Shown here: positions 41,536-53,258 of the stretch, piece after piece
Layout: each line of letters starts with the position of its first letter
Numbering within the stretch: position 1 is the first letter of the stretch
Assembly (NCBI GenBank): GCA_963799495.1
Contig: CAWCXH010000004.1
Coordinates: 67,232 to 131,231 of the forward strand
DNA from: an uncultured Actinomycetota bacterium
GTDB taxonomy: Bacteria; Actinomycetota; Actinomycetes; Mycobacteriales; Mycobacteriaceae
Length of the DNA stretch: 64,000 nt
Direction of reading: 5' to 3'
The notes under the pieces: model-generated
What the model was told of the DNA's origin: nothing
Seen by the model: the letters and a program-made list of their open reading frames with translations, nothing else
The model's database searches: none
Translations under genes and position numbers: made by a program

Positions 41536-42140
41536 CGCGGCGGCCGCCACATCGGCCACATGCTGGGGCCGCCGTCGGGCAGCTTGATTTCGCCGGTGAC
41601 CTCGAAGCCGAACCGCATGTAGTACGGGATGTTGTCCGGATTGCTCGACTCCAGGTAGGCCGGGGCGTGCTCGGCATCGCACCGATCGAGGCGGGAGCGC
41701 ATCAGCGCCTGGCCGAATCCCCCACCGCGGACCGTTGGATCGCTGCCGATCACCGCGAGATACCAGTGCGGCGCTTCGGGATGGGTCTTCTTCACGAGGT
41801 CGGAAACTTCCCGGCCCGCGCCGACCCGCAACCCGAACGCCCGGACGAAGCCCGGCGTCATCCGCAGCTCCTCGCGCCGGGATCGTTTCCACCGCCCGGG
41901 CGGATCCCACAGCGCGGCCGCCCCGACACGCTGGGTGTTGGTGGCGATCTCCGCCCCACCTCCGGCGAGGAAATGATGCCGCGTCATCGTCGCGAACATG
42001 TGGGGCAGGCTCTTCGCCCGGCGCGCGGCGTCGGGCAACACCCACATCATGATGGGGTCCTCGTAGAAGGCCCGTCCGAGCGTGAGCGACAGCCCCCGCA
42101 CGTCGGCCTTCTGCGGAGGTCGGACGTCGATGTCAGCCAC
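41532..42140 (-). CDS. GNAT N-acetyltransferase
   Basis: [23 protein letters not shown]...N..YY..FGF. Confidence 0.88.
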   Translation of the reverse strand: MADIDVRPPQKADVRGLSLTLGRAFYEDPIMMWVLPDAARRAKSLPHMFATMTRHHFLAGGGAEIATNTQRVGAAALWDPPGRWKRSRREELRMTPGFVRAFGLRVGAGREVSDLVKKTHPEAPHWYLAVIGSDPTVRGGGFGQALMRSRLDRCDAEHAPAYLESSNPDNIPYYMRFGFEVTGEIKLPDGGPSMWPMWRPPR

Positions 42141-42561
42141 GCGTGATGTACGCCTGCAGCTGCTCCTGCTCCGCCTCCAGCTCTTCCATCCGCCTCTTGA
42201 CCACGTCACCAATGCTGACTATGCCGGCGAGCTGCCCGTTCTCAAGCACGGGGATGTGCCGCACCCGGTTCCTCGTCATCAACACGCTGAGGCTGTCGAG
42301 AGAGTCGCCCGGCGCGCAGGTCGCCACCAATGTCGTCATGATCTCCGACACCGGCTGTGCAAGCAGTTCCGAGCCTCGTTCATGCAGCTTGCGCACCACG
42401 TCCCGCTCCGAGACGATGCCCGCCAGCCCATCCGGACCGATCACCACCATGGCGCCGATATTGAGCTCGGCCAGCCCGGCGATCAACTCGCTGACCGTCG
42501 TCTCCGGGGCGATGGTCGCCACATCCGCGCCCTTGTTTCGCAGCACGTCCGCGATCCGCAT
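42133..42561 (-). CDS. CBS-domain protein (Rv2406c-like)
   Basis: IGAMVV, GIVSERDVV, RVRHIPV, GIVSIGDVVK. Confidence 0.9.
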   Translation of the reverse strand: MRIADVLRNKGADVATIAPETTVSELIAGLAELNIGAMVVIGPDGLAGIVSERDVVRKLHERGSELLAQPVSEIMTTLVATCAPGDSLDSLSVLMTRNRVRHIPVLENGQLAGIVSIGDVVKRRMEELEAEQEQLQAYITRG

Positions 42562-42693
42562 GATGCCTCCGCCAATCGTGATCCAATTCACACCAGGTTA
42601 GGTCCAACTTGGTCGTGGCGGAATAGATACACAAAAGCGACGGCTGGTAGTGCTGGCGGCCCACCGTCGCAGACTGGAGATGAAAGGACGTAG

Positions 42694-43713
42694 ATGAGCG
42701 CCAACGCTGTGCCCACGGTTGACCTGGGCGACGAATTGACGGTCAGAGCAATCGGTTTCGGTGCGATGGCATTGACGCCGGTGTACGGCGAGGTGGACGA
42801 CACCGAGTCGCTGGCCACCCTGCACCGCTGCGTGGACCTAGGCGTGACGTTCATCGACACCGCCAACGTCTACGGCGGCGGGAACAACGAACGTCTCATC
42901 GCCAAGCTGCTCGCCGACCGCCGCGACGAGGTCACGCTGGCAACCAAGTTCGGCATCGCCGGCAACCCGGCCGATCGCGCCGCCGGAGTGCCGGGCGTCC
43001 GCGGCGACGCCGCGTATGTGCGCCAGTGCATCGACGAAAGCCTGTCCCGGTTGAACACCGACGTCGTCGACCTGTACTACATGCACCGCCGCGACGTGAC
43101 CGTGCCCATCGAGGAGACCGTCGGCGCGATGGCCGAGTTGGTAGACGCCGGTAAGGTGCGCCATCTGGGGTTATCCGAGGTGACCGCGGGCGAACTGCGA
43201 GCCGCCGTCGCGGTGCATCCGATCGCGGCCGTGCAGAGCGAATGGTCGATCTGGAGTCGTGACGTCGAACGCAACGTCATTCCGGCCGCGGCCGAACTCG
43301 GCGTCGGGTTCGTGCCGTACTCGCCGCTGGGTCGCGGCTTCTTGACGGGAACGGTCCGGTCGGCCGCCGACCTGGGGTCACAGGCGGACTTCCGCCGCAA
43401 CCTGCCCCGATTCGCCGAGGGCGCCCTGGATGCCAACCTCGCGGTGGTCGACGCCGTCAGCGCCGTCGCCGCCGAGCAGGGCGCGAGCGCGGCGCAGGTC
43501 GCCCTGGCCTGGCTGCGGTACCGCGCGGACGCTCTCGGCATCGCCTCCGCGCCGATCCCCGGGACCCGTCGCGCCGCCCGCGTGGAAGAGAATCTCGGTT
43601 CGCTGTCGGTGACGCTCAACCCTGAGCAGCTCGAGCGTCTCGAGACGGCGGGCGCGGCGGTGTCCGGCCAGCGACATGAAGACCTGACCTGGGTGTCCGC
43701 CGGCCGCGAATAG
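42694..43713 (+). CDS. Aldo/keto reductase
   Basis: [38 protein letters not shown]. Confidence 0.93.
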   Translation: MSANAVPTVDLGDELTVRAIGFGAMALTPVYGEVDDTESLATLHRCVDLGVTFIDTANVYGGGNNERLIAKLLADRRDEVTLATKFGIAGNPADRAAGVPGVRGDAAYVRQCIDESLSRLNTDVVDLYYMHRRDVTVPIEETVGAMAELVDAGKVRHLGLSEVTAGELRAAVAVHPIAAVQSEWSIWSRDVERNVIPAAAELGVGFVPYSPLGRGFLTGTVRSAADLGSQADFRRNLPRFAEGALDANLAVVDAVSAVAAEQGASAAQVALAWLRYRADALGIASAPIPGTRRAARVEENLGSLSVTLNPEQLERLETAGAAVSGQRHEDLTWVSAGRE

Positions 43714-43751
43714 CACCACATCGTTGGCGGCCGACGGGTATACCTGGGCCC

Positions 43752-44612
43752 ATGATCGAGGTGACCCTGCTCGGCACCGGTAGCCCGATCCCCGACCCGC
43801 GCCGGGCCGGACCGTCGACGCTGGTGCGCGCGGGCGGGCAGACGTTCCTGGTCGACTGCGGCCGCGGTGTGCAGCAGCGGACCGCGGCGATCGGCGTCGG
43901 CGCCAACAACTTGACCGCGCTGCTGCTCACCCATCTGCACAGCGACCACATCGCCGACCTGGGCGACGTGATCATCACCCGGTGGGTGACGACGTTCGCG
44001 CCCGACCCGGCACCGCTGCCGATCATCGGCCCGCCCGGCACGGCCGAGGTCGTCGAGGCCACGCTGAAGGCGTTCGGTTTCGATATCGGATACCGCATCG
44101 CCCATCACGCCGACCTCACCGAGCCGCCGCCGGTCGAGGTGCACGAGTACACCAAAGGTGAGATCTGGGACCGCGACGGTGTGCAGATCCAAGTGGCGCC
44201 GACCGATCACCGGCCGGTCGCGCCCACCATCGGATTCCGGATCGAACACGGCGGCGCATCGGTGGTTTTGGCCGGTGACACGGTGCCCTGCCCCAGCCTC
44301 GACGCGCTGGCGACCGGGGCGGGCGCGCTGGTGCACACCGCGATCCGCAAGGACCTGATCGAGGCGCTACCCCAGCAGCGGATCCGCGATATCTGCGACT
44401 ACCACTCGTCAGTGGAGGAGGCCGCGGCGACCGCCACCAGGGCCGGCGTCGGAATCCTCGTCCTCACCCACTACGTGCCACCGATTGCACCCGGTCAGGA
44501 GGACGCCTGGCGAGCGCTGGCGGCCTCGGCGTTCGACCGGCAGATCGAATTCGGCGATGACCTTCATCGCGTCGAGGTTCATCCGGGCATGTGCGTCAAG
44601 CCGGCGAGCTGA
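43752..44612 (+). CDS. RNase Z-like metallo-beta-lactamase (Rv2407-like)
   Basis: [25 protein letters not shown]. Confidence 0.88.
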   Translation: MIEVTLLGTGSPIPDPRRAGPSTLVRAGGQTFLVDCGRGVQQRTAAIGVGANNLTALLLTHLHSDHIADLGDVIITRWVTTFAPDPAPLPIIGPPGTAEVVEATLKAFGFDIGYRIAHHADLTEPPPVEVHEYTKGEIWDRDGVQIQVAPTDHRPVAPTIGFRIEHGGASVVLAGDTVPCPSLDALATGAGALVHTAIRKDLIEALPQQRIRDICDYHSSVEEAAATATRAGVGILVLTHYVPPIAPGQEDAWRALAASAFDRQIEFGDDLHRVEVHPGMCVKPAS

Positions 44613-45460
44613 TCTGCCGCGCCGGCGATGGTGTCGAGATCCCTTTCCGCAAGCGGGCGGCCGCGGGTGATGACCACGAGATGCTGCACGCCGAGGTCGC
44701 CGAGCGCGCCGCACCGGGTGACAAGCTGGTCGGCCGATTCATCGGGCTGCAGCGCCGTGGAGACGGTGCGTTCCACCTCCCCGACGGGCCGGCCGACATC
44801 GGCGCAGTGCCGGTCCAGCACGTCGAGCTGTCGCCGGATCGTGCGGCCACCGTCGGGGATGTCAAAGAGATTGCAGGCGTCGCCGTACTGCGCGACCAGT
44901 CGCAAGGTGCGGCGCTCACCGGTGCCGCCGATCAGCACCGGCGGCCGCGGCGAGCTCATCGGCAGTGGGCTGCAGATTGGCCGTTCCAACCTCAAATACT
45001 CACCGCGGTAAGGAGTTTCGTCGCCGGACCACATCTGGCGGGCCAGCTGGAGCAGCTCGGTCAAGCGGTCGAACCGCTCGGCGGTTTCCGGCAGGAACAG
45101 GCCCGTTGCGCGCGCCTCGTCGGCGTTATAGCCGGCGCCGATCCCCAGCCATGCGCGGCCATCCGAGAGCACGTCAAGTGTCGTGACCGCCTTGATCAGC
45201 AGCGCGGGAGCGCGAAACGTCGCGGCCGTCACCATGGTTCCCAGCCGCAGGCGCGACGTGACCGCCGCCAGATAGCCCAGCGTCGTGTAGGCCTCGAGCA
45301 TCGGTTCGTCGAGTTGGCTGGACGGATCGGCCTGCAGCATGTGGTCGGCTACCCACAGGGTGTCGACCGCGGTGTGATCGAGGTATCCCGCGAGCGACGC
45401 CAGCCGGTCGTGGAGTCGATCGGGCCACGAGTAGTTGGTGACGCTGACGCTGAGTTTCAT
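44579..45460 (-). CDS. LLM-class (probably F420-dependent) oxidoreductase
   Basis: [50 protein letters not shown]. Confidence 0.88.
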   Translation of the reverse strand: MKLSVSVTNYSWPDRLHDRLASLAGYLDHTAVDTLWVADHMLQADPSSQLDEPMLEAYTTLGYLAAVTSRLRLGTMVTAATFRAPALLIKAVTTLDVLSDGRAWLGIGAGYNADEARATGLFLPETAERFDRLTELLQLARQMWSGDETPYRGEYLRLERPICSPLPMSSPRPPVLIGGTGERRTLRLVAQYGDACNLFDIPDGGRTIRRQLDVLDRHCADVGRPVGEVERTVSTALQPDESADQLVTRCGALGDLGVQHLVVITRGRPLAERDLDTIAGAADQLAGLTHMPG

Positions 45461-46170
45461 CGTGCGCTGGCCCCTTGCTTGTTGCGTCGGCGCACCGGCA
45501 GCAGTGCGCCGGCCACGATCAACCACACCAGCGCCGCAAACCGCGCCACCGGCAACAGCACCGCGAGTCCCGGCCAGAGCAGCACCAACGTCGTCACTTC
45601 GGCCAGAGCCGCGATCCCAAGTCCGGCCCACGCCACCGGTCTGGGCAGCAGGCCGAGGATCAGGCTGGGCACCGCGACACCGGCCAGCAGCAGGCCCAGG
45701 GCGACGACATGTCCCGGACCGCCGGTGAGAAAGACCAGGTAGTACAGCGCGCGGACCAGTGTGGGTTCGGCGGCGACGTCAGGACGCGACAGCGTCCAGC
45801 CCACCAGTCCGGCGAGGCCGAGCCCTCCGGCCGCCAAGATTCCGCCCGCCAGCGCGATCGTCGCTCCCGGTGCTGTCACACCGAGCTGCCGCAACCGCGC
45901 GCTGGCGGTCGCCGCGTAGATGGCCAGCGGCACCGACGACGCGAACACCCCGATCGCGCTGGCCTGCACCGCCGCGTGCTCGACGCGGAAGTACTCCTGG
46001 ACCGCTGCGGCCGAACCGTACGGAAGCGGCATCACTCCGCCGAGTGCGACTCCGACCGCCAGCCCACCGACCAGCAACGCCAGGGATATCGCCGCAAGCA
46101 GCGCCAGCGGTGGCCCGCCTTGTTGACGTCGTCCAGGCAGCTGATTCATAACCTGTGTTGAATCATTCAT
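45457..46170 (-). CDS. Multi-pass membrane protein (DUF4386-like)
   Basis: About six hydrophobic segments; ATGA coupling to the LLM gene; start uncertain. Confidence 0.7.
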   Translation of the reverse strand: MNDSTQVMNQLPGRRQQGGPPLALLAAISLALLVGGLAVGVALGGVMPLPYGSAAAVQEYFRVEHAAVQASAIGVFASSVPLAIYAATASARLRQLGVTAPGATIALAGGILAAGGLGLAGLVGWTLSRPDVAAEPTLVRALYYLVFLTGGPGHVVALGLLLAGVAVPSLILGLLPRPVAWAGLGIAALAEVTTLVLLWPGLAVLLPVARFAALVWLIVAGALLPVRRRNKQGASAR

Positions 46171-46252
46171 AGAATGAACGATATGCCCGCGGATGAGTAC
46201 AAGCAAGAGGTTTAGACGATTCCAAAGAAATATCGTTCACTAGTGATACGAT
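46162..46252. promoter_or_regulatory. Two related palindromes (ATCGTTCA-N4/5-TGAACGAT-like), candidate MarR operators
   Basis: ATCATTCA-TAGAA-TGAACGAT at 46162-82; ATCGTTCA-CTAG-TGATACGAT at 46232-52. Confidence 0.5.
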
Positions 46253-46759
46253 TTGGCCGTGACACAGTCAGGGAGCGGCGACGGCGTGGCCTTCCTGCTG
46301 GCTCAGCTCGGCCATTACGCCGCCACCCTGTTCGCCGAGCAGATGGCCTCGATCGATCTCACTCCCCCGCACGCCGGCATCCTCCGCGCCATCGCATCAG
46401 ATCCCGGCAGGAGCCAGCAGGCGCTCAGTGGCCAACTGGGCCTGCTACCCAGCCGGGTCGTCGCCTATGTCGATGACCTCGAGGGCCGCGGCTATGTCGA
46501 ACGCCGGCGCAACCCCGAGGACCGGCGCCTGCATGCCCTCTATCTGAGCGCGTCCGGAAAGCGGTTGATGAAAAAGATCGGCGACCTCGCCCGCCAGCAC
46601 GACCGCCGCCTTACCGCGGGACTGAATGACGACCAACGCGAGACACTGCGGGGCCTACTCGGGGCGCTGGCACAACACCAAGGCCTGACACCGCACGTGC
46701 ATCCCGGCTACCGCGCACTGGGGCGCGCCGGGCGTGCAACTCTTAGGCCAGGCGGGTGA
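46253..46759 (+). CDS. MarR family regulator
   Basis: SQQALS..L, VDDLE.RGYVERRRNPEDRR..ALYLS..G. Confidence 0.9.
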   Translation: MAVTQSGSGDGVAFLLAQLGHYAATLFAEQMASIDLTPPHAGILRAIASDPGRSQQALSGQLGLLPSRVVAYVDDLEGRGYVERRRNPEDRRLHALYLSASGKRLMKKIGDLARQHDRRLTAGLNDDQRETLRGLLGALAQHQGLTPHVHPGYRALGRAGRATLRPGG

Positions 46760-47582
46760 TCTCCACGACGACGTCGAGGTCGGTGGAACCCTCCCCGGAG
46801 TAAATGCCCTTCAGCGGGCTCACATCCGAGTAATCGCGGCCCACGCCGACGCTGATGTACTGCTCGTTGATCTCGGCGTCATTGGTGGGGTCATAGTTCC
46901 ACCAGCCGCCCGTCCAGGCCTGTACCCAGGCGTGGCTCTGACCGTCGATGGTGTCGCCGACGACGGCCTGGCGTTTGGGATGCAGGTAGCCCGACACATA
47001 GCGCGCCGGAATTCCCGTGCCGCGCAACAGGATCAGCATCAGATGGGCGAAGTCCTGGCAGACGCCCTTGCCTTCGCGCAGCGCGTCCAGCCCGGACGAG
47101 TGCACGCCCGTCGTTCCCGGCACGTAGTCGAGTTCGCCGTGTACCCAGTGCGCGGCGGCGATGACCGCCTCCTGCGGGTCGTTGTACTTGGCGATACGCT
47201 CGCCCACCCGGTGGATCCGCTTGCTTTCCGGCGTGTAATGCGTCGGGGTGAGCACTTCGTCGAACCGGTCGATCACCGCCTCGGAGCGCAGGTCCTCCCA
47301 GCTGACCTTGTTCTTGGGCAGCTCGCCCTTGTCGGTCTCCACCACCGACGACGAGGTGACCTCGAGCTCGGTGTGCGGGGCGTGCAGGTCGAATGCCGTT
47401 ACCGCGGTGCCCCAGTAGTCGACATAGCGGTACGACCTTGTGGCGGGCACTGTTTCGACGCGGTTGAGGATGACGTTCTGCCGCGAGTCGGACCGCGGCG
47501 TCAGGCGTGCCTCGTTGAACGACGCCGTCACCGGCGACTTGTAGGCGTATCCGGTGGCATGGATTGCGCGCATGCGCCACAT
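46743..47582 (-). CDS. Transglutaminase-like protein (Rv2409c-like)
   Basis: GVCQDFAH, ARYVSGY, SHAWV, YDPTN, GRDYSDVSP. Confidence 0.92.
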   Translation of the reverse strand: MWRMRAIHATGYAYKSPVTASFNEARLTPRSDSRQNVILNRVETVPATRSYRYVDYWGTAVTAFDLHAPHTELEVTSSSVVETDKGELPKNKVSWEDLRSEAVIDRFDEVLTPTHYTPESKRIHRVGERIAKYNDPQEAVIAAAHWVHGELDYVPGTTGVHSSGLDALREGKGVCQDFAHLMLILLRGTGIPARYVSGYLHPKRQAVVGDTIDGQSHAWVQAWTGGWWNYDPTNDAEINEQYISVGVGRDYSDVSPLKGIYSGEGSTDLDVVVEITRLA

Positions 47583-48562
47583 CAGATTTCGCCTTCCTCG
47601 ATGACAAGTGAACCGTTATGGCCCGCATCGCTCCACGCCACCCACGGGGCTGTGTGAAAGTACTGCAGCGCCAATGCCTCTCCGACATCGCTACACGTCT
47701 TCTGCAGCCCGGCCAGCCGCTGCTCGAGCGATTCCAGCAACACCCCCGGGCGCAGGAATTCCAGCTCGCTCCGGGCCCGGCCCAGCAGCCGCTGCGCCTC
47801 GGCGGTTGCACCGAGCCGGTTGTGCGGACGGTTGAGCAGTTCGTCGAGGCTGTGTTCGGCCAGCCCCAGCGAGTAGAAGATCGACCGCGGGAACAGGCGG
47901 TCCAGCAGCATGAACTCGACCACCCGACCCGCGTCCAGCACGCCCCGGTACGTGCGCAGGTAGGTATCGTGTGCGCCGGCGGAGCGCAGCAGGGTGACCC
48001 AGGCCGGCGAGGATGCGCTGTCGCCGACGCGCGACAACAGCAGCCGAACCGTCATGTCGACCCTTTCGATCGCCCGGCCCAGCACCATGAACCGGTAGCC
48101 GTCGTCGCGGGACAGCGTCGAGTCGGCCAGCCCCGCGAACATCGCTGCGCGGCCCTCGACATACGACAGGAACTCGTGTGGGCCAAGCCGTTTGGCCGCG
48201 CGCTCGCGTTCGGCGAGCGCGTTGAAGGTCGTGTTGAGGCACTCCCAGATCTCGGTGGAGGTGACTTCGCGTGCGCCGCGGGCGTTTTCCCGCGCGGCCG
48301 AGATCGCGTCGACGATCGAGCATCCGCCGCCCTGGGTGTCCCGGCTGAACGCCACGATGTCGGTCAACGACCACACGTCCAGTGGGTCCTTGGGCGGATC
48401 GATGCCGAGCACCTTCAGCAGCACCCGCGACGTCTGGTCGGGGTCAACGCTGGAGTCCTCGAGCAGCTGGTGCACGGTCACGTCGAGGATGCGGGCGGTG
48501 TCGTCGGCACGCTCCACGTAGCGGCCGATCCAGTACAGCGATTCGGCGTTGCGTGCCAACAT
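47582..48562 (-). CDS. Alpha-E domain protein (DUF403, Rv2410c-like)
   Basis: [38 protein letters not shown]. Confidence 0.9.
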   Translation of the reverse strand: MLARNAESLYWIGRYVERADDTARILDVTVHQLLEDSSVDPDQTSRVLLKVLGIDPPKDPLDVWSLTDIVAFSRDTQGGGCSIVDAISAARENARGAREVTSTEIWECLNTTFNALAERERAAKRLGPHEFLSYVEGRAAMFAGLADSTLSRDDGYRFMVLGRAIERVDMTVRLLLSRVGDSASSPAWVTLLRSAGAHDTYLRTYRGVLDAGRVVEFMLLDRLFPRSIFYSLGLAEHSLDELLNRPHNRLGATAEAQRLLGRARSELEFLRPGVLLESLEQRLAGLQKTCSDVGEALALQYFHTAPWVAWSDAGHNGSLVIEEGEI

Positions 48563-50271
48563 CAGTCCATCACCGCCTGCTGCTGTTGCTGCTGCTGGCT
48601 CTGTTGCGTACCGTTCGACGGCCGCGCGTCCTGCGATTGCTGTTGCTGCTGCTGAGACGACGACATCTCCGCGCTCTTCTCGGCCTTCGGCCCCTTGGCC
48701 GTCTTGGGCAGCGAGCGCACCACCCCGGCGGCGGCCAGCTCGCGGTCGGCCACCGAGGCCCGCGAGGCCAGCACCCAGGTGTCCTTGGAGCCGCCGCCCT
48801 GGCTGGAGTTGACCACCAGCGACCCCTCCGGCAGCGCGACGCGCGTCAGCCCGCCCGGCAGCACCCACACCTCGTCTCCGTCGTTGACCGCGAAGGGGCG
48901 CAGATCGACGTGGCGGGGCGCGAGGTTGTTGTCAATCTGGGTGGGCACGGTGGACAGCTGCATGACCGGCTGGGCGATCCAACCGCGCGGGTCGCTGCGG
49001 ATCTTCCTGACGATCGTGGCCAGTTCCTTCTCGGAGGCGTCCGGGCCGAACACGATGCCGTAGCCGCCGGAACCCTCGACTGGTTTGACGACCAGTTCGT
49101 CGACCCGGTCGAGCACCTCCTCGCGTTCGTCGTCGAGCCAGCAGCGGTAGGTGTCCACGTTGGCCAGCAGCGGCTTCTCCCCGAGGTAGTACTCGATGAT
49201 CGTCGGCACATACGTGTAGACCAGCTTGTCGTCGCCGACGCCGTTGCCGACCGCGCTGGAGATCACGACGTTGCCGGCACGCGCGGCGTTGAGCAGTCCG
49301 GCGACGCCCAGCACCGAGTCCGGCCGGAAATGCATTGGGTCCAGGAACGTGTCGTCGATGCGGCGGTAGATGACGTCGACCTGGCGCTCGCCCTCGGTGG
49401 TGCGCATGTACACCGTGTTGTCGCGGCAGAACAGGTCGCGCCCTTCGACGAGTTCGACGCCCATCTGACGGGCCAGCAGCGAATGCTCGAAGTAGGCCGA
49501 GTTGTACACGCCGGGGGTGAGCACGACGACCGTCGGGTCCGCCTCGTTGGTGGCCGCCGAGTTGCGCAGCGCCAGCAGCAGATGCGACGAGTAGTCGCCG
49601 ACAGCCCGCACGCGATTGGTGGCGAACAGGTTCGGGAAGACCCGGGCCATCGTGCGGCGGTTCTCCATCACGTAGGACACCCCCGACGGCGAGCGCAGAT
49701 TGTCCTCGAGGACTCGGAAGTTGCCCGCCGCATCCCGGATCAGGTCAATGCCGGCGACGTGGATGCGCACGCCGTTGGGCGGGATGATGCCCACGGCCTC
49801 GCGGTGGAAGTGCTCGCAGGAGGTCACGAGCCGGCGCGGGATGACGCCGTCGCGCAGGATCTCCTGCTCGCCGTAGATGTCGTCGAGATAGTGCTCCAGC
49901 GCCTTGACCCGCTGGGTGATGCCACGCTCGAGCCTCGACCACTCGGCCGCGGAAATCACCCGCGGCACCAGATCCAGCGGAAACGGACGCTCCTGGCCCG
50001 ACAACGAGAAGGTGATGCCCTGGTCGATGAAGGCACGGCCGAGCGCCTCGGCCCGCGCTTCCAGCTCGGAGGCATCCGACGGGGCAAGCTCGGCGTAGAT
50101 GCCCTTGTACGGCCCACGGACGTTGCCCTGGCCGTCGAACATCTCGTCGAAAGCCTTCGAATAGGTGCCCAGATCGTTGTAGCCGTCGAAGACCCCCCCG
50201 TAGCGTTTGGGAGGGGCCGCAATGTTGCGCGACGGCCGTGCGGTTTGGGGCGGCAACGTTCGAAGGCTCAC
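48562..50271 (-). CDS. Circularly permuted type 2 ATP-grasp protein (Rv2411c-like) with poly-Gln tail
   Basis: [45 protein letters not shown]. Confidence 0.92.
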   Translation of the reverse strand: MSLRTLPPQTARPSRNIAAPPKRYGGVFDGYNDLGTYSKAFDEMFDGQGNVRGPYKGIYAELAPSDASELEARAEALGRAFIDQGITFSLSGQERPFPLDLVPRVISAAEWSRLERGITQRVKALEHYLDDIYGEQEILRDGVIPRRLVTSCEHFHREAVGIIPPNGVRIHVAGIDLIRDAAGNFRVLEDNLRSPSGVSYVMENRRTMARVFPNLFATNRVRAVGDYSSHLLLALRNSAATNEADPTVVVLTPGVYNSAYFEHSLLARQMGVELVEGRDLFCRDNTVYMRTTEGERQVDVIYRRIDDTFLDPMHFRPDSVLGVAGLLNAARAGNVVISSAVGNGVGDDKLVYTYVPTIIEYYLGEKPLLANVDTYRCWLDDEREEVLDRVDELVVKPVEGSGGYGIVFGPDASEKELATIVRKIRSDPRGWIAQPVMQLSTVPTQIDNNLAPRHVDLRPFAVNDGDEVWVLPGGLTRVALPEGSLVVNSSQGGGSKDTWVLASRASVADRELAAAGVVRSLPKTAKGPKAEKSAEMSSSQQQQQQSQDARPSNGTQQSQQQQQQQAVMD

Positions 50272-50456
50272 CCATCACATGCTGCACCACGACGACCGTT
50301 TCGGCAGGCCAGTGGGCAGGAGCGCAGCGACTGGGGCGAAATCCCCCGCTTTGGGAGATTGAGGGCCGCGCTGGTACCCTGAACAGTCGCTGCCCGCCGT
50401 CGGGCGCCTTGACAGACTTAAAGCAAACCAGCCGAGATTTACGAAGGAATTGCCGC

Positions 50457-50717
50457 GTGGCCAACATCAAGTCGCAGGAGAAGCGCATCCGCACCAACGA
50501 GCGCGCCCGTCTGCGCAACCAGTCGGTGAAGTCGTCGCTTCGCACGGCTGTCCGCGGGTTCCGGGAGGCCGTCGAGTCCGGCGATAAGGACAAGGCCGCC
50601 GAGTTGCTGGCGTCGACCAGCCGCAAGCTGGACCAGGCCGCCAGCAAGGGCGTGATCCATAAGAATCAGGCGGCGAACAAGAAGTCCGCGCTGGCTCACG
50701 CCCTCAACAAGATCTAA
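50457..50717 (+). CDS. rpsT: 30S ribosomal protein S20
   Basis: [20 protein letters not shown]. Confidence 0.97.
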   Translation: MANIKSQEKRIRTNERARLRNQSVKSSLRTAVRGFREAVESGDKDKAAELLASTSRKLDQAASKGVIHKNQAANKKSALAHALNKI

Positions 50718-50739
50718 GCCCCCTCAACAAGCTCTGCAA

Positions 50740-51711
50740 TCACCGGTCGTCCTCGGCGACCAGCTGCGCCACCTTTCGTACCGTCGCTTCCAAGGCATAG
50801 TCGGCGTCGGCCGCCGCGCCCTTGACGTCGGCGTTGAGCGCCGCGACCAACCGCATCGCCTCGGCGACCGACGCCCGCGACCAGCGTCGCGCCTGCTTCT
50901 GCGCCTTCTGCACCCGCCACGGCGGCATGCCCAGCTCGGCCGCCAACCGGTACGGGTCCCCGGACAACGGCCCGACCCGGGCGATGGTGTGCACCGCCTC
51001 GGCCAGGGCATCGGCCAAAACGACCTGCGGCTCGCCGCTCATCATCGCCCAGCGCAGTGCCTCGGCGGCTCCCGCGACATCCCCCACCACCGCCTTGTCG
51101 GCGATATCGAAGCCCTTCACCTCGGCCTTGCCGGAGTGGTAACGACGCACCGCCGCGGGGTCGACCTGCCCGTCGGTGTCGGCGACCAGCTGCGAGCACA
51201 CCGACGCCAGTTCCCGAATGTCGGAGCCGACCGCGTCGAGCACCGCGGTAACGGTTTCGTCGGTGACCTTGACCCGCAGGGCGCGGAATTCGCGGCGGAC
51301 GAAATCGGCACGCTCGGAGGCCTTGCTGATACGGGCGCACGGATGTACTTGCGCGCCGAGATCCTTCAGTTGATCCGCCAGTGCCTTGGCACGCCCGCCG
51401 CCGGAGTGCACGACCACCAGCATGGTGCCCGGCGGCAGGTCGGCCGCGGCGGCGGCGATCAGCACGACCGCGTCCTTTCCGGCCTCGGCGGCGGCCTCCA
51501 GCACCACCACCCGCTCGTCCGCGAACAACGACGGGCTCAGCAGCTCGGCCAGCTCGCTGGTGCTCACCTCACCGGCGCGCAGCCGATCCACCGGGACCTC
51601 GTCGGTGCCGGCCTGCCCGCGCGCCGCGCGCAGGACCGCGCCCACCGCGCGATCGACCAGCAGCTCTTCATCGCCCAGTACCAGGTGCAGCCCCGCAACT
51701 TGTTGGCTCAC
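50740..51711 (-). CDS. holA: DNA polymerase III delta subunit
   Basis: [22 protein letters not shown]; located after comEC and next to rpsT. Confidence 0.9.
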   Translation of the reverse strand: MSQQVAGLHLVLGDEELLVDRAVGAVLRAARGQAGTDEVPVDRLRAGEVSTSELAELLSPSLFADERVVVLEAAAEAGKDAVVLIAAAAADLPPGTMLVVVHSGGGRAKALADQLKDLGAQVHPCARISKASERADFVRREFRALRVKVTDETVTAVLDAVGSDIRELASVCSQLVADTDGQVDPAAVRRYHSGKAEVKGFDIADKAVVGDVAGAAEALRWAMMSGEPQVVLADALAEAVHTIARVGPLSGDPYRLAAELGMPPWRVQKAQKQARRWSRASVAEAMRLVAALNADVKGAAADADYALEATVRKVAQLVAEDDR

Positions 51712-53258
51712 GCCACGATCGTGTCATGACCGCCGGACAGGCTCGACAACGTCCACGCGAGCAGGAATATCACCGCACCCCATGATCCGATGCGCACCCA
51801 CCGCCATCGCCACAGCGCGACGGCCGCGCCGGCGGCGGCCGCGACCGTGAGCACCCCGATCAGTCCGGACGGCACCGGCACCGACGACCCGGGGACCCCC
51901 GCGGCCCAGTGCGCCACCCGCAGCAGCCACCACAGCTCGGGGCCGGTGAACCGAATCAGCAGCTGCGCGCCGGCCGGCCAGAGCGGGTGAAGCGCCGCCG
52001 CCGCGGTGCCGATCACGGTGATCGGGGCGATGACCACCGCCACGACCAGGTTGGCGGCGATGGAGACGACGCTGAACCTGCCGGATATCCCCGCCACGAG
52101 CGGGGCGGTCACCAGTTGGGCGGCGACGGCGACGCTGACGGCGTCGGCGAGCGGTTTGGGCCAGCCGCGGCCAACGAGGCGGCGCGACCACACCGGAGCG
52201 ATGACGATGAGCGCCGCGGTGGCCATCACCGATAACGCGAACCCCACATCGACGGCGAGTTCGGGCGCCCCGATCATCAGGGCGATCACGCTGGCCGACA
52301 GCACCGGAACGGCCTGCCGACGGCGATGCGACGCCACCGCCAACAGCGTGATGGCGCCCATCACGGCGGCGCGCAGCACACTGGCCGACGGCTCGACGAC
52401 GATGACGAAGGCGAGCAGCGTCAATGCGGCCAGCGCCACGGCCACCCGCGGACCCACCAGTGCGGCCGTGAACAACACCGCCCCGCACACGATGGTCACG
52501 TTGGCGCCCGACACCGCCGTCAGGTGCGTCAATCCCGAGGCGCGGAATTCCGCCGCCGTTTGATTCGTAAGCGCCGAGGTGTCACCGAGCACGAGAGCGG
52601 GAAGCATCGCCGCCTGGTCGGCCGGCAGTGCCGCCCGCGCCCCGTCGGCGAAACCGGTTCGCACACCCTGCGCCGCCCGGTGGACGGGCGACGCGGCGCC
52701 GAATGTCGGTTCACCGGTCGCCGACAGAACCGCAACGGTGAGGTCGCGCCGGGTCGGCCGGGCGATGCGGGCGCGGAAGCTCGCCGGTCGTGCCGCGGTC
52801 AGCTCGGCGAAGCCCAGGACGGGTACGAAAACGACTACCCGCCCAGACATTTCGCTGCCGTCGATCGATCGCAGCGATGCGCGGAACATCATTCGGCCGC
52901 CGCCCAGCGAGCGTGGGCTCTCACTCGCAGTGACGACGACGGTGGCGACCGAGCCGTAGCGGGCGCTGATCGCATGGTTGCGCACGTCGTCAACGCGGAG
53001 GCAGACCGCGGTCGCAAACCCGGCGCCGACCACGGTAACGGCGACAACGCCAGCGGCGGCGGCTCGCACGACGTCCTCGCGGCGGCCACTACCCCACCAG
53101 ACCGCCGCGGCGGTGGCGGCCGTCGCCGCCAACAGCACCGCGATCACCCCGCGAACCGGCCAGATGATGCCCGCGGCGGTCACCAACCAACTCGTCAGCG
53201 CCGCGGGGACCAGCCGCAGGTCCAGCCGGCCGCCGCCGCCGAGGCTCACCGTTGTCAC
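51708..53258 (-). CDS. comEC: ComEC/Rec2 competence membrane protein (no C-terminal MBL domain)
   Basis: [28 protein letters not shown]. Confidence 0.9.
   Translation of the reverse strand: MTTVSLGGGGRLDLRLVPAALTSWLVTAAGIIWPVRGVIAVLLAATAATAAAVWWGSGRREDVVRAAAAGVVAVTVVGAGFATAVCLRVDDVRNHAISARYGSVATVVVTASESPRSLGGGRMMFRASLRSIDGSEMSGRVVVFVPVLGFAELTAARPASFRARIARPTRRDLTVAVLSATGEPTFGAASPVHRAAQGVRTGFADGARAALPADQAAMLPALVLGDTSALTNQTAAEFRASGLTHLTAVSGANVTIVCGAVLFTAALVGPRVAVALAALTLLAFVIVVEPSASVLRAAVMGAITLLAVASHRRRQAVPVLSASVIALMIGAPELAVDVGFALSVMATAALIVIAPVWSRRLVGRGWPKPLADAVSVAVAAQLVTAPLVAGISGRFSVVSIAANLVVAVVIAPITVIGTAAAALHPLWPAGAQLLIRFTGPELWWLLRVAHWAAGVPGSSVPVPSGLIGVLTVAAAAGAAVALWRWRWVRIGSWGAVIFLLAWTLSSLSGGHDTIVA

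Noticed and set aside
38983-42045. 1020-aa ORF suggesting a giant LepA fusion
   Set aside because: The first ~400 aa are the antisense of the Rv2405-like gene plus an off-frame reading of the GNAT gene; LepA homology starts only at about 40845
48382-50382. Long antisense ORFs (666 aa here; also 7928-9268, 18514-20001, 52326-54170, 59981-61351)
   Set aside because: Shadow ORFs typical of high-GC codon bias opposite well-supported genes, with no recognisable motifs
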